A stretch of DNA of 64,000 bases from Takakia lepidozioides (Eukaryota; Plantae; Bryophyta): NCBI GenBank assembly GCA_030704615.1, contig CM060732.1, positions 58,838,001-58,902,000 of the forward strand. The letters are read 5' to 3'. Made by a program: the position numbers and the translations under genes. Numbering within the stretch: the first letter of the stretch is position 1; each line of letters starts with the position of its first letter. Below are positions 52,571 to 64,000 of the stretch, one piece after another. The notes under the pieces are model-generated. The model was not told the DNA's origin, did not search any database, and saw nothing but the letters and a program-made list of their open reading frames with translations.

Positions 52571-53409
52571 CCTCTCAACAAGACAACCTCCTGGCAGCTT
52601 CTATACACAGCAAATAGACCCTCTTAGGTCCCTCTCCTTCTCTCCCTCCCTCTCCTCTTCCTTCTCTCCCTCTCTAACTCCTCTCTTCCCCTGTGGCTCC
52701 TCTCATTGAGGGCGGGTGACGCAGCCTCTGTCAAAAGTGGCAGGTAATAATGCCAATAATGGGGTTCCACCCTACCGCTTCCTGCCACGTCCCACCTATA
52801 ATGTCCTGCGTGCCCTGATATGGTACCCTCCACAAAAGCTTTTCTTGGCCTCCCCCCCCAGCCCCTTGTAATGCAGTGCCGCACTAATATAGGGGCCCAC
52901 TTTGAATATATGTTATACTACACATGCCTTGCTTGTCACTCCTCTTCTGAAGAAACCCATTCAGAGCGAGATGACTTGGCCTTTTCACCTTTCATCAAGG
53001 TTAGCTTTTGAGGGTGGTGCTCCATTACATCAACAGGTTTACACAGGCATTGTTGAGTAGTCTCTTGGAAGTTCACCCACAAATTTCCATAGATAAAAGA
53101 CAGCTGGACGACCTGCCGACATTGCAACGTTCATGTTGATGGGCCCCCATCAATCATGTGCTCCAATGACTGTCGTCCAAAGGAGGGCCCGGCTCTTGGC
53201 CTTATAGACGACAAAACACAAGCTATCACCGTCTAAGGGTTGCAGTTGGGTCCCCTTATCTTTCCTCTGAGCTACAAGCGGAAGAGCTTTATGCGCGTGC
53301 ATGAGTGCTGACCAGCTTACGGTACTCTGAAATCTGCTAGATCATGAGAAGAGAAAGTAGGGTGGAAGGCATTATCAGGCCCACCTGAGGATTCTTGTTT
53401 CTTTCTTCT

Positions 53410-53920
53410 GGGGGAAATGCGAAGAGAGGATTTACTTCATGAGAATATTGGAAAACCTTGTGGGCACGCAGTTGATGGTAGAGGAGATCTGAGTGTGAGC
53501 CCTGTGCGGAAGTGGAAACTGTATGAAGATAAAGTAGTGTACATATACATCCTGGCAGAATCAAGTGCCCAGATGAAAAAAAATCATCAGTGTTTTTAAG
53601 TATGCCTACTAGAATTCTGCATTGTACTCTAATCTCTGCCTGTCTGTTCTTGTTTCTTTCTTCTGTGGGAAATGCATGAGGATTTACTTCATGACTGTAT
53701 TGGAAAACCTTGTGGGAATGCAGGTTTATCATCCATCAACTGATAGAGGAGATCATACACATCTCAGTGTGAGCCCAGTGCGGACGACGAAACTGTATGA
53801 AGATAATGGAACGAAAAGTAGTGTACATATACATCCTGACAGAATCAAGTGCCAGACGAAAAATCATGAGCGTTTCAGTATGCTGCTAGAATTCTGCGTT
53901 GTATGTTGATCTCTGCCTGC
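53410..53920. repeat. Tandem duplication (~250-bp unit) between the CTL and GH9 genes
   Basis: GGATTTACTTCATGA..TTGGAAAACCTTGTGGG..AAACTGTATGAAGATAA..CAGAATCAAGTGCC..CTAGAATTCTGC occurs twice. Confidence 0.8.
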
Positions 53921-54071
53921 GAGGGGTCTCATAAACTAATTGAACACAAAAATTCTCCGTTAATGGTACCTATCAGAGATGCTGGGAGAACAAAAAGGAT
54001 ATCTTAGTCTGGTTGTGGACCGAAACTCAATTTGGCGTGAAGTACATTTTAGTTGTTAACAATTAGGCATC

Positions 54072-57000
54072 TCATTGAAGTCGCTCTGTCCAGTTTGGCA
54101 CTTGATAGTTTTCTTCAACAGCGAGACCAGCTACAAGCCCAGCCATGCCTGCACTGTTGTATGTGGTGGGCTCATTTTGGCGGACGTTGTCACGAGAATC
54201 TGTGTAGGTATCGTTCTTGAAAGGCCCCCCAACAAGACCACCGGTGCACACATTAGGATTACTGGAAGGTGACGAGAACCACATGAAGCCGGTTTTGCAG
54301 CCATACACAGTGGAGCCCCCCCAGGGGATTGACGCATCACGATGGTGTACGAGCTTCGGATACTCAGTGCCATAACCCACCAAGTAGCTAATCTGCATGG
54401 GGTTAGCTCCCAATATGTAGTCCGCCTACATCCAGAATTCAGAGTGAATAACCAGTTATAACCCGAATGAGGATTGACATGACTCAATACATAACCAGTA
54501 GAAACCAAAAAAACTTGCCTCCCGATCCATCTTCTCGGTTGTTTATACCACCTCCCGGTTATATCAGGCTACCTACATGTGAATTCCTTAGAAAACCACA
54601 TTTATCTGGACCCGGCGGATGTATCAATTTCAAAAAGGAAAACATTTATCCAGACACAACAGATATGCAAAATACTATGTACCCACCGAACACTTGTCAG
54701 TACAGTCATACTCAATTGACAAAGGCCCAGAGTATAACCACAGAGGAACGGAGAGAGATGGGGTTTGTGGAGATGACAACATGCTAGAAGGCGAGGAGAG
54801 AGGGTCTGGGAGATACAAACCTGAGAGGCTGCAAATGAGTGCAATTGTTGAGCAGTGAAGTTGGAACCAGAGCAGCTTAAAGTGGGAATTTTGGCAGTCA
54901 CGAGGTAATCACTGTAGAATAATGCTAAGAGTGCTAAATCGACAGCATGCTGTATAGGATTCCATTCCGTCACCCAGAGCAGGCCCCCTGCTACACATCC
55001 ATGTCACTCCATTAGCTCAATGCAAAAGACTTGCACACTTATTGAATTTATAGAAGACTCCCAAGTGATGAGTAGGCATGAGTGTAACCATGTTGGACCT
55101 TTTTTGGACAGACAAACCTCTGAGCAGGATGACATTGAGTTCAGCTTAGGAGGGGGATGCATGGTATTGTTCATAGTACTATTTTGCATAAAGATTGTGT
55201 TGCAGAAGGTGCTTCAGCATCATGACCCGCGAGTTAGAAAGGCAAGCCTTTCAGCCTTCCAGATGGTATAGAATAACAAGCCCCATACCATATTCTCATA
55301 TTGCAATTGTCAAGTGGTTGTTATGAATGTGAGTGAACTGGGGTTGTGTAATTTCACTACCAGGGAACAGGTTATCTCCTTTGCCTTGGTTTCCAGGGAA
55401 AACAAGAGCATCTGCCAATGTGCAATTGAGGATTGCACACAGCAAGGTAGGCCGTGTCTGAGGTGGGTGTATTTCCAGTTAGCAACAATACTTCTCTTGG
55501 GCCGCACAAGGACACTCCCCCCAGTAACAACAATTAAGGGGCAGAAGCAGCAACATTTGGAGCAATTGGAGCTATGGAAGACTAGGTGTTTCCCAGAAAT
55601 GACCTTTAGTGCGGTCCCCTGTGGCTGTGGGCGACTGGGGAAGAAGAGCACACATAAGAGCATCTGCTGTGGTCTTATACTGTTGCAGGCCCATGGTGGT
55701 GTTATGGTCCACATTTTGAGGAGGTTGCAGCATTTGCAGTCTGGCCAGTAGCACCTGGTCCCATCCTCCCATTGTGTTAGCAGTGCCCACAGCACGACAC
55801 TAAGCCATAGCATGTTAGAGTATATCCATCATCTGCACATACCATGAGGAACCAAATTGCACTGCAAAATGTAGCCAGACTACCTGAACTCCTGCAAGTT
55901 TGTTGTCCCAGCTGAACCAAGAGGGAGCTTGTCCCCATTCAGCATAAGACAGGCCGTTGGTGCCTGTGACATACTGCAAATATGTGGTTTCACCGGTGGC
56001 ATAGAAGAGCCAGGTAGCAGCCCACAGCAACTCATCCCCAAAACCTGTGGAGTTGTAGTATGCCTGCACACTTGGGTTGCTGATACTGTACGACACTCTG
56101 TAAGAGTCACCAAACACAAACAGCTGCTTTGCATGTGTGAGCAGAAGGTCAGCATAGGCTGAGTCAGAGCTGCGGAACACTAGGGAGGCTGCTGCTAAGG
56201 CAGCTGCACTTTCCGCTGCCACTTCAGTTCCAGGAGTGGACGGGTCAAGCTTGTAGGATGGCCTTGAAATGTCCATATTCTCTGCTCTCTCCCAGCAACT
56301 GTGATCTGTTTTTGGATCCCCCACCTGTTGCAAACCTCCTCTGTTAGCTCTCTCTGCATACCGCCTGCCACATGTCATCCTTTTTATATTTAAAGAATAT
56401 GGGAGGCTGGGGAAGCCAGCAATTGATCCTCACCTGATAGTAGAACTCCTCACTGGAAGGATGAGCTTTGATCAGGTAGTCGGTCACCCAACGGATGGAT
56501 TCAGTGGCATGACTTAACTGTTGGGCTGCATCCATGACAGGACCATACTCCAATACACTCCATGCCAGCAGAGTGGCAGTGAAAGCCATGGGCAGTCCAA
56601 ACTTCACATGGTCGCCCGCATCATATAGGCCACCACTTAGATCCAGGCCCACATCACTGCCATCCCGAAGTGCTGAATCACCCCTCCATAGAATGGGCTG
56701 GTTGCTCGGTAGCTGCCCCGCTGTTTAACACACAAGACGTCGATGATTGGCAGGGTAGACAGCAAAGTAAAGACACATTGATAGGAACAAGACAGGTGAC
56801 ATTAGACAAAGCCATGAACAGATGTCAGTGGCGTCAAGCATTCACAACCTATGTAGCTAACCCCCAATGCCCTCCCAGTGGCAAATCTTTCCTCAAACAG
56901 AAGCAACACATTGAGTGCAAGTGAGTACTGGTAAGTGCAGTCAATACTATTGGCAATGGGTGTCCTTCTCCTGTGTACCAAGGCAGGAGATTGGCCAGCA

Positions 57001-57627
57001 GAGAAGCACAGTCAGGCAGTTCTAGAGACAGAGTTTGAGTTCCGTCGGAGCTGTGACCAGGTCGCCAAAACAACAGATGAGGGAGACACGAGGACTAAAT
57101 TTTGGAGCTTGCAGATTACAAAAGATTAGCAGCAAATGGCTGATCACAAGCATTACAAGAGTGACACTAGACATGGTGTGCATTCAAAGAAGGTAATGTG
57201 TGTGTGTGTGTGTGTGTTTGTGAAGAAAAGAGAAAGGACGAAAATTTATCACGTCCAGAGGGGCAACGGGGAGCCAGAGAAATAGAGTGGGGGTAGAAGC
57301 AGCGAAAATCCTCCAGCATACATTGTTGAGTGCTAGATCAGGGAAGAGGTGAGTACACTTTTGAACATCAAGGAACAGCAGAGACAGCTGAAGCGCTTGC
57401 GAGAAATTCCTGTTGACCACAACAGGAGGCCTCGCAGGCTGGGCAGGCGCCTGGGCCGCCCGTTGCATCCGACGAGAATGCGCAAGCACCACCGCAGTCA
57501 CCGCTATCGTCGTGACCAAAGCTGCCACAATCACCGATAACGCCCTCCACTGCCACCCCTTGGTCTTTTCCATCGTGATCCCCATCTCCAATAACCTCCT
57601 CCCTTCCGTTGCAGCTGCCCCTTCCAC
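54072..57627 (-). CDS. GH9 endo-1,4-beta-glucanase with N-terminal TM anchor (GH9B5/B7-like); exons 57627-57357, 56720-56434, 56324-55884, 55754-55604, 54987-54821, 54425-54072
   Basis: WRGDSALRDG, GGLYDAGDHVKFG, DELLWAATWL, FSWDNKLAGVQV, GANPMQISYLVGYG, VHHR, DSRDNVRQNEPTTYN. Splice phases consistent. Confidence 0.93.
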
Positions 57628-58450
57628 TACTTTACCCTGGATCCATGCCTACCAAAGTTAGATCGCACACTGGAAACCCACATCTGCTACATCAGCTACA
57701 GCTACGACTGCCGCAACAAGCTACTCTGGGGCGATCCCAAGCTCAAATGCAAAGCACCTTCCAAGCTTCCGGCGGAGGCCCAACTGTTTTATGCAGTTGC
57801 CTGTATGCCAGTCCTGTTGGTCCCATTGTCATCATTAATGTCCCTGGCACGATCTTATATGCAAACCGAGTACGGCAAGCCCGTAGCCAAACTGACATGT
57901 AGAATGTGTGTCAGAGACTCGGAGCAGCTGCCAAGAGTGGAAGGCTTCTTTAAAGAACGTGTTCAACCTTTGCTGTTATTGTTTTTGCCACGTGTGGGCC
58001 ACCGCCATGGCTGTACTAATAATGCCCCTTCCTCCTCCACGTCCTCCTCCCTCCTTCGCTCCCTCCGCCATCTCCTCGCAAAGTTCTCCCTCCACAGAGA
58101 CACCAGGACAAGTAAGGTAAAAGCATGGCTGCTGCAGCAACTGATCAGGATCCATGCACAGCGTACGTCCAGATTGAGCAGACGATGACTGGCGCTGACA
58201 CTGACAGGAAATGCTTCATGTTGCTACTCCTCCCCAAACTTTATTGGCTCTCTTGTAGAGAGAGACTTTGCGGAGACATGCAAGTCAATGGAGAAAATGT
58301 GGTCAAAGTACGTTACACCGTGTCAAGGCGCTGATTGGTGTGTTGTGCTGAGTCATGCTCCCTAGTCCTACCTTCCTCTTATAGCAAAGCAAAGCAAGAG
58401 AGCCCATTGGCTTGTTTATATCTGTAAATGCACTGATTGGTGGTCCAAGT

Positions 58451-61301
58451 CAGTGTTGGGCGGGTATTATATTTCTTAATACCAGCCGGGTCCTATTATT
58501 TTTCAGTACCAGCCGGTTCCATACTATTGGAATATTCACTTTATTCTAATATCCGCCAGTTCTCCATAGTATGATTTTTCATTTGTGGAGGGTATGAGGA
58601 CGGGTATTCCAATTGTATGAATACCATCCGGTTGTAAACCTGGATACAAATAATTAAAATTAAAATTAAAATGACCACCAAATTATTAATATGGCTTCAA
58701 TTTAGAAGCATACTTGATTTCACAAAGTTAATATATATATATATATATTCTGTTGCAAAATTCAGACTTTGAATTACATAATAAAATTGCGAATTTTAGT
58801 ACGCATAATGAAGCAAGCTTTGTTAAAAGAAAAGACAACCAAGTTTCATACCATTGTTGATACTAGGTCTCCAAAAAACAGCTGGCATTATTGATACCCT
58901 ACAAGTACCAAAATCTGGGTTTTTTCTTAATATTGCATACCCTTGTTTGGGTCACTTCTAAATTGTTATAGTATCAGGACCCTCCTGGTATCTCCAAAAC
59001 AGGATACTAGACCAACACTGGTCAATACCCTACACAGGGCTGGTATTGACCAAGAAATACCCGTGCAACACCTGTATTATGGGCAAAACAAGGACTATAC
59101 ACATGGTATGGATATGAAGTTGGCATGTGGTCAAGGCACATCCAGCCCAAAGGGCCCACTATTTTTCATTTTTAACACATGTCGGTGGGGCAATGTCCAC
59201 TTCGCATTCAGTGACAACCTCGACAAATTAGTGCTACTTTTAAATAATGGGCCGGATGATGTGCAAACGGATTGCAAGGTGGTTGAGCAAGGGATCAAGG
59301 ATTTCTTTTTGTCGGAAGACAATAACATTGATGAAGATGAGGACCTCATTGTAGATGCTGGCATGTTTGATAATGAGGCTTGTAATCAGTTTTCTTTTAA
59401 TAATAATAATATTTGACGCCTCCCGAAAGAAGCATAAATTATGGTGTCTCTTCACCCGGAAGGATTACTGCCTTCCGCTAGGAAGGTGGACACTGCACAC
59501 TTTTGTGACACCAAGGGTGGACTTAACCCACAACCACTTCCGAGGAGGTGGTATGTACCCATTACCCCTGGGCTAGATACCTGCTGATGTCAACTTGGGG
59601 TAAAGTATTTGAAAAAATACATTTTAGAAAAAAGCACACACTGATTGTAGCCTGCAAATTCACATGCTTCCTATATAATGAGGTACAACATTATGGACCA
59701 AATACCACACTGCTCACTACTTTAGAAAAGACCACTCTACCCTGATCTCGTGGGCTGCAATTCCCTATACGGAACCGTCTGGTAGGGGCTTCCATGCCGG
59801 GTTGATACCGGGGTTTTTGTACGTACCAGACCAACACTGATATTGAGTGTTGGGCGGGTATATTGATTTCAATAAACCCTTGGGGTATAAGTAAATTATT
59901 TTGATCAAATCATTTACCCTCCGGGTACGTATAAATTGAAATCTCAAATATTTATTTACCCTCCGGGTATGGGTAAATTAACTTTTCAGATTTCTATATA
60001 ACCCCCGGGTAAAGATATATATGCCAAAATATACCCTGAGGGTATGGATAGTTTCCATGTATGGATAATTATTTAAATCAATACACAATTGAATGGTTTT
60101 TAAAATTGTGATGTTTTCCAATACAAAACAAAAGAAACAATCTATGGTAAAAAAGAAAATTGATGAGATATTGCATAATGTTTTGGCTTTAATTCCCAAT
60201 GCAAAGAGAAATGAGGCTTGAGATTCAAATAATATATGCAGGATCTAAGGAGGTTTTCGTTGGGTTATATGACATTTTAGGAATGATAGATATGTAACCT
60301 TTTTTTTTTAGCCGTGCTGAAGGCTCCTTAACAACTTAATAAAAGAGAGAAGACCTAGCACGTAAAAACCTAGTTAGTGTAGTTTTGGTGGGCTTTAAAT
60401 AGCATAAAATCCTGAGTGTCCTGTTAGGCCGTGGAGCCCATGGGCAGATAGGCAGGTAGTTTTCTTCTCACATGGTCATTTTCTTCTCACATGGTCTACA
60501 ATGCAGTTTTTACTTAAACTACTAGATTTTGCTAGATGGGTGAGATTCCCTAAAAGTACCTCCACGCTAAATGTCACCTCGAATGCTACCGCGGTTGCTA
60601 TGCTACCACCGTCGAATGCTACCGCCGTGGCTATGTTAGCTTAAATATCCTGATTAGATATAACATATACCCTTCAAAAAAGTAGGATATATTGGACTTC
60701 TTGATGCAGGGTAAATATAAGGATAAGGGTATATCATAAAAATATACCCAAATATAAGGATATACATCCAAGTACATAAAGCATTCTCAGATTTTTCTCT
60801 TTGTTAATATGGGGGCTCCTCCCAGAGCACAATAGCCCGATTGACGAGGGAGGGCAATACACAACTATGGAATGCCCCCCGAAACGTGGGACACATTGGT
60901 GGAACGCCCCCTAAAACGCGGGAGCATGGAATGCACCGCGAAATCTTCACCTGCTTTATGCAGGGGAAGGCCTCTGGGGTGGGGGTTCCCTGGATTTTCG
61001 GGCACAGCCTAGGGCTACCGCCGTCGGCCTAGTGCCCTTAAATCCAGGAACCCTCCCCTCGAGGCCTTCCCCTATACCTAAACTTGCCACGCCAGGGTAT
61101 ATATATATCAATATACCCTGATATACCCGGCGGTAATCAATATACCCGCCCAGCACTCGTATGGACTTAAGTATTGGAATTGTCAATACCAGGGTTCGGC
61201 TATGAACCCTAGTACTACAACAGCCACTACCAGCCGGGTCGGTTATTTAATACCTTGGTTGACTCATACCCGGCCAGGCCCTATATACCAGTCCAACACT
61301 G
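58451..61301. mobile_element. Compound hAT-derived element with nested or internal termini
   Basis: Outer TIR CAGTGTTGG(GCG/ACT)GGTAT with TSD GTCCAAGT (58443-58450 / 61302-61309). Inner element 59845-61158 has a 24-bp TIR. Extra right ends at 59020 and 59839. DNLDKLVLLLNNGPDD (~59210-59260) resembles a hAT transposase C-terminus. Confidence 0.8.
59405..59575. repeat. Dispersed ~170-bp repeat, copy 2
   Basis: Matches 2769-2927; preceded by (TAA)n. Confidence 0.85.
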
Positions 61302-61617
61302 GTCCAAGTGGCACATCTGAACCATTCAGCGCCATCCAATGAGCGTGTCAGATCGCCTGACAGAGTCTCGCTCCGCCGAGCTCATCCCGGGCTCAAATCC
61401 TGGATGGCAGATGCCACATTGTTCCGTGCTCCTTCATTTTAGAGGATAGAAAAAAAAAAAAATAAGGCCTCCATAATGTCAGATTTTGGGCGGGAACTCA
61501 TGTGAGTGGTCTCTCAAATCGTCTCTCCCGCCAAAGCTCGTGTGGGTTGCGTTGGCGAAAGCGAAGGTGATGGAGGGAGAGGAGACTGCAGGAGGGTGCG
61601 AGAGTAGGGTTTGAAGG

Positions 61618-64000
61618 ATGAGGGGCCGGGGGTATGGCGCACGCGGACGAGATGGAGATGGAGGAGGAAGAGGGAGATGGAGAGGGAGAGGGAGAGGGAG
61701 AGGGAGAGGAAGAGGGGGGTTTGGGGGGGAAGGGATGGGAATGGAGAAGCAAGGCAAGGATTTGAAGGAGGGGGACAGAAGAGCAGCGAGAGGACGAGCG
61801 TGGCGGACAGCTGAGGATGCCTTGGAGGCGAGCTTTGGTTTCCATGTTTTCACTGAGGGAGAGCCGCGACTCGGCTGGCTTCTCAAATTGGCCTCGGTAC
61901 GTGATAGCTGGCCTTCTGCTGCTTATCCGTGCTTATTTGAGTAGCCTAATACGAACTGACGTGCAGTGCCATACGTAATGTTGGTGCTGACAGTCATCCA
62001 TGGAAGATCAGGACAATGACAACCTTCAATTCAGCTGTGTCAACCTCTACTTCATGTGCCAGGTATAATTCACGCTGCAAGTTGGAATTGAGGACGGGTT
62101 TTTCTAAGGGCTCAGGCAATTACAGTTTTTTCACCTGATGTATGTATATGTGTGGTCTCTTAGCTTTGTAGCTGATCACATTTAAGTAAGAGTATGTGGT
62201 TATCAATCTCAGGATGGCTCGACATTCAAAGCGCAAGTCAAGTTTGCGCCCTACTTCTACATTGGCACTAAGGTTAGTGCAGAAAAATAGCTCATTTTCC
62301 CCTATGTGTAGCGGATGGAGAAAGCTAGGACAGGAACTATGTAGGTGGTAGTCAGAGTGAAAACGGAGGGGGACTCGTTTATGATCTTACCTGTGGTGAT
62401 TGATCAATTCGTTCTCACTTGAATCTGTGGATCGTTGCTCTGTTGTACACTCCTTTACAACGTACTCAATGAGATCACCTATCCCTGTTGGCTTCAATTT
62501 TTTCCCACAATTGCTGTGAATCACAGGAAAACATGGAGCTGGAGGTGGATGCATACCTCCGGCGGCGATACGAGGGTCAAATCTCCAGCATTGACCTTGT
62601 GGAGAAGGAAGACCTTGGATTGGTGGGTGTCTTCCTCTTTGGAACCTCTGAGTGCTTCTCAGATTTCCAGCTGCTTATCAACTCTACTCTGGCGCCCTTG
62701 CAGTTCTACAGTTCTTTTTAGTTTCTGCATAAGCAATATGTTGGGACCTTCTGTCGCAAAGCAAAACTGTACAAGAATCGAATCCTGTGGCTGATACCCT
62801 GCCTACAGGAAACACCTGTTTGTGAACTGATAGAATGACTGATGCAGCGACCTTCCTTGTTTCTCAAAAATTAGGGTTTCTGTCCAAGGTCAATGTTTGC
62901 TGGATACCTGCAGCAAGGGAATTTCCACCTTCCAAATCATTGTTATGCTGGCTTTCAGAGCCCTGAAGTTTTTGGGAGAGATTGTTCAAGTATTTCCATG
63001 TACCAGCGGAAGGAAGCTCTTTTCATGGACCAATTTGCTGGGCTAACCAACCACATGAGGATAACATCTTTGTCAAGAATGTAAGAAGTACAAGTATGTC
63101 TTGCAATGGTTGGGGTGCAGAAGAACCATCTGTCAGGTCTGCGACGTGCGTATTTGAAGGTCAGCTTCAACACTGTCCAGGAACTGATGAATGTGAAAAG
63201 TGAGTTATTGCCTGTCGTCAACCGTAACCAGGCCAAGCTGGAAGCCTCCCAGGCCTATGAATCTCTATTCCACGGCATGAGGTAAAGACAGCAAGATCCT
63301 GGTTTCTGTTGGACCATAGACAGAAAAGCCTCCACTAAATTGCATGAACATTTGTGCAAATCCACACCAAATGCAATAAATCGGTGATCTTGCTTTGCTT
63401 CTGTCTGTACTTAAAATCAGAAAGGGGTAGATGGATGAGTCGGCAGTAATTTCTATCCTGCAAATTAAAGGGATTGGGTATTCATGCTTATGTTGAGTGG
63501 CAATTGCCTCCAATAAATGGCCTGGACTACACTGCAATGCCATTTGTGCAAATAGTTTCTACCCTGCAAATTGAAGGGATCAGTTGCTCATGGGTGTTGT
63601 GGGGATGGCAGCACTAAGCAAGATACAGTAAGGGTACAGGATTATGCCGATTTTTTGGTAGAGCTGCGGGAGTATGATGTCCCTTATCATGTCCGGTTCG
63701 CCATCGATAATGGTTTGCCCAACCACTCTCGCCTACTCTTGCTGCATTTCTCTGGTTTCTGGCCCAGGCAGGCGGGTGTTTGTTGGCTTGCCAAGGTTAC
63801 GATCAAGGTTCTTTGTTTATACTATTCGACCTTAGGTGCTTGCCCCTCTCTGTAATGGAGAAAAACTCTAGACATACATGAGGCACTGTATGCACTAAAA
63901 TAGACACAAGTAACTCTCAAATGATTCATTTGGTCCATAAAAGTGGAAGACAGTTTGGGTGTGCTCATTGGCTGATGTGTTATTTTGCAAATGGGTACAG
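61618..64000 (+). CDS. POL2A: DNA polymerase epsilon catalytic subunit A, 5' part; exons ~61618-61896, 61993-62062, 62213-62271, 62527-62621, 63121-63281, 63612-63712; continues beyond the window
   Basis: EDALEASFGF..EGEPRLGWLL, FAPYFYIGTK, EVDAYLRRRYE..VEKEDL, KNHLSGLRRAYLKVSFNTVQELMNVK, LREYDVPYHVRFAID. Start codon and some exon ends are approximate. Confidence 0.93.

Noticed and set aside
54072-57627. KORRIGAN (GH9A) assignment
   Set aside because: The cytosolic N-terminus is short and the motifs fit the GH9B5/B7-like clade better.

Overview
Eukaryotic land-plant DNA with GT-AG introns. The N-terminally extended expansin and the TE content suggest a bryophyte or other non-seed plant, but this is inference. 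Host genes: two tandem 2OG-Fe(II) dioxygenases (172-2374 and 24569-26419, minus), an alpha-expansin, a GH19 chitinase-like (CTL-type) gene, a membrane-anchored GH9 endoglucanase, and the 5' part of DNA polymerase epsilon catalytic subunit, which runs off the window end. Most other sequence is nested, decayed transposons: PIF/Harbinger, a LINE endonuclease fragment, Ty3/Gypsy, Copia, hAT MITEs with 8-bp TSDs, a 14.4-kb MULE (9-bp TSD) containing a 5.4-kb CACTA (3-bp TSD), and a tRNA-derived SINE. Two signals stand out, both between the 2OGD genes. (1) A Gypsy pol carries a full DNMT3-like cytosine-5 methyltransferase domain between protease and RT. (2) Directly abutting it is a spliced gene whose C-terminus looks like a prokaryote-type beta-class N6-adenine/N4-cytosine DNA methyltransferase, with a repeated ~30-bp palindrome in its introns. 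Both copies here are disrupted by stops and/or frameshifts. All calls come from reading motifs by eye; no searches were run.
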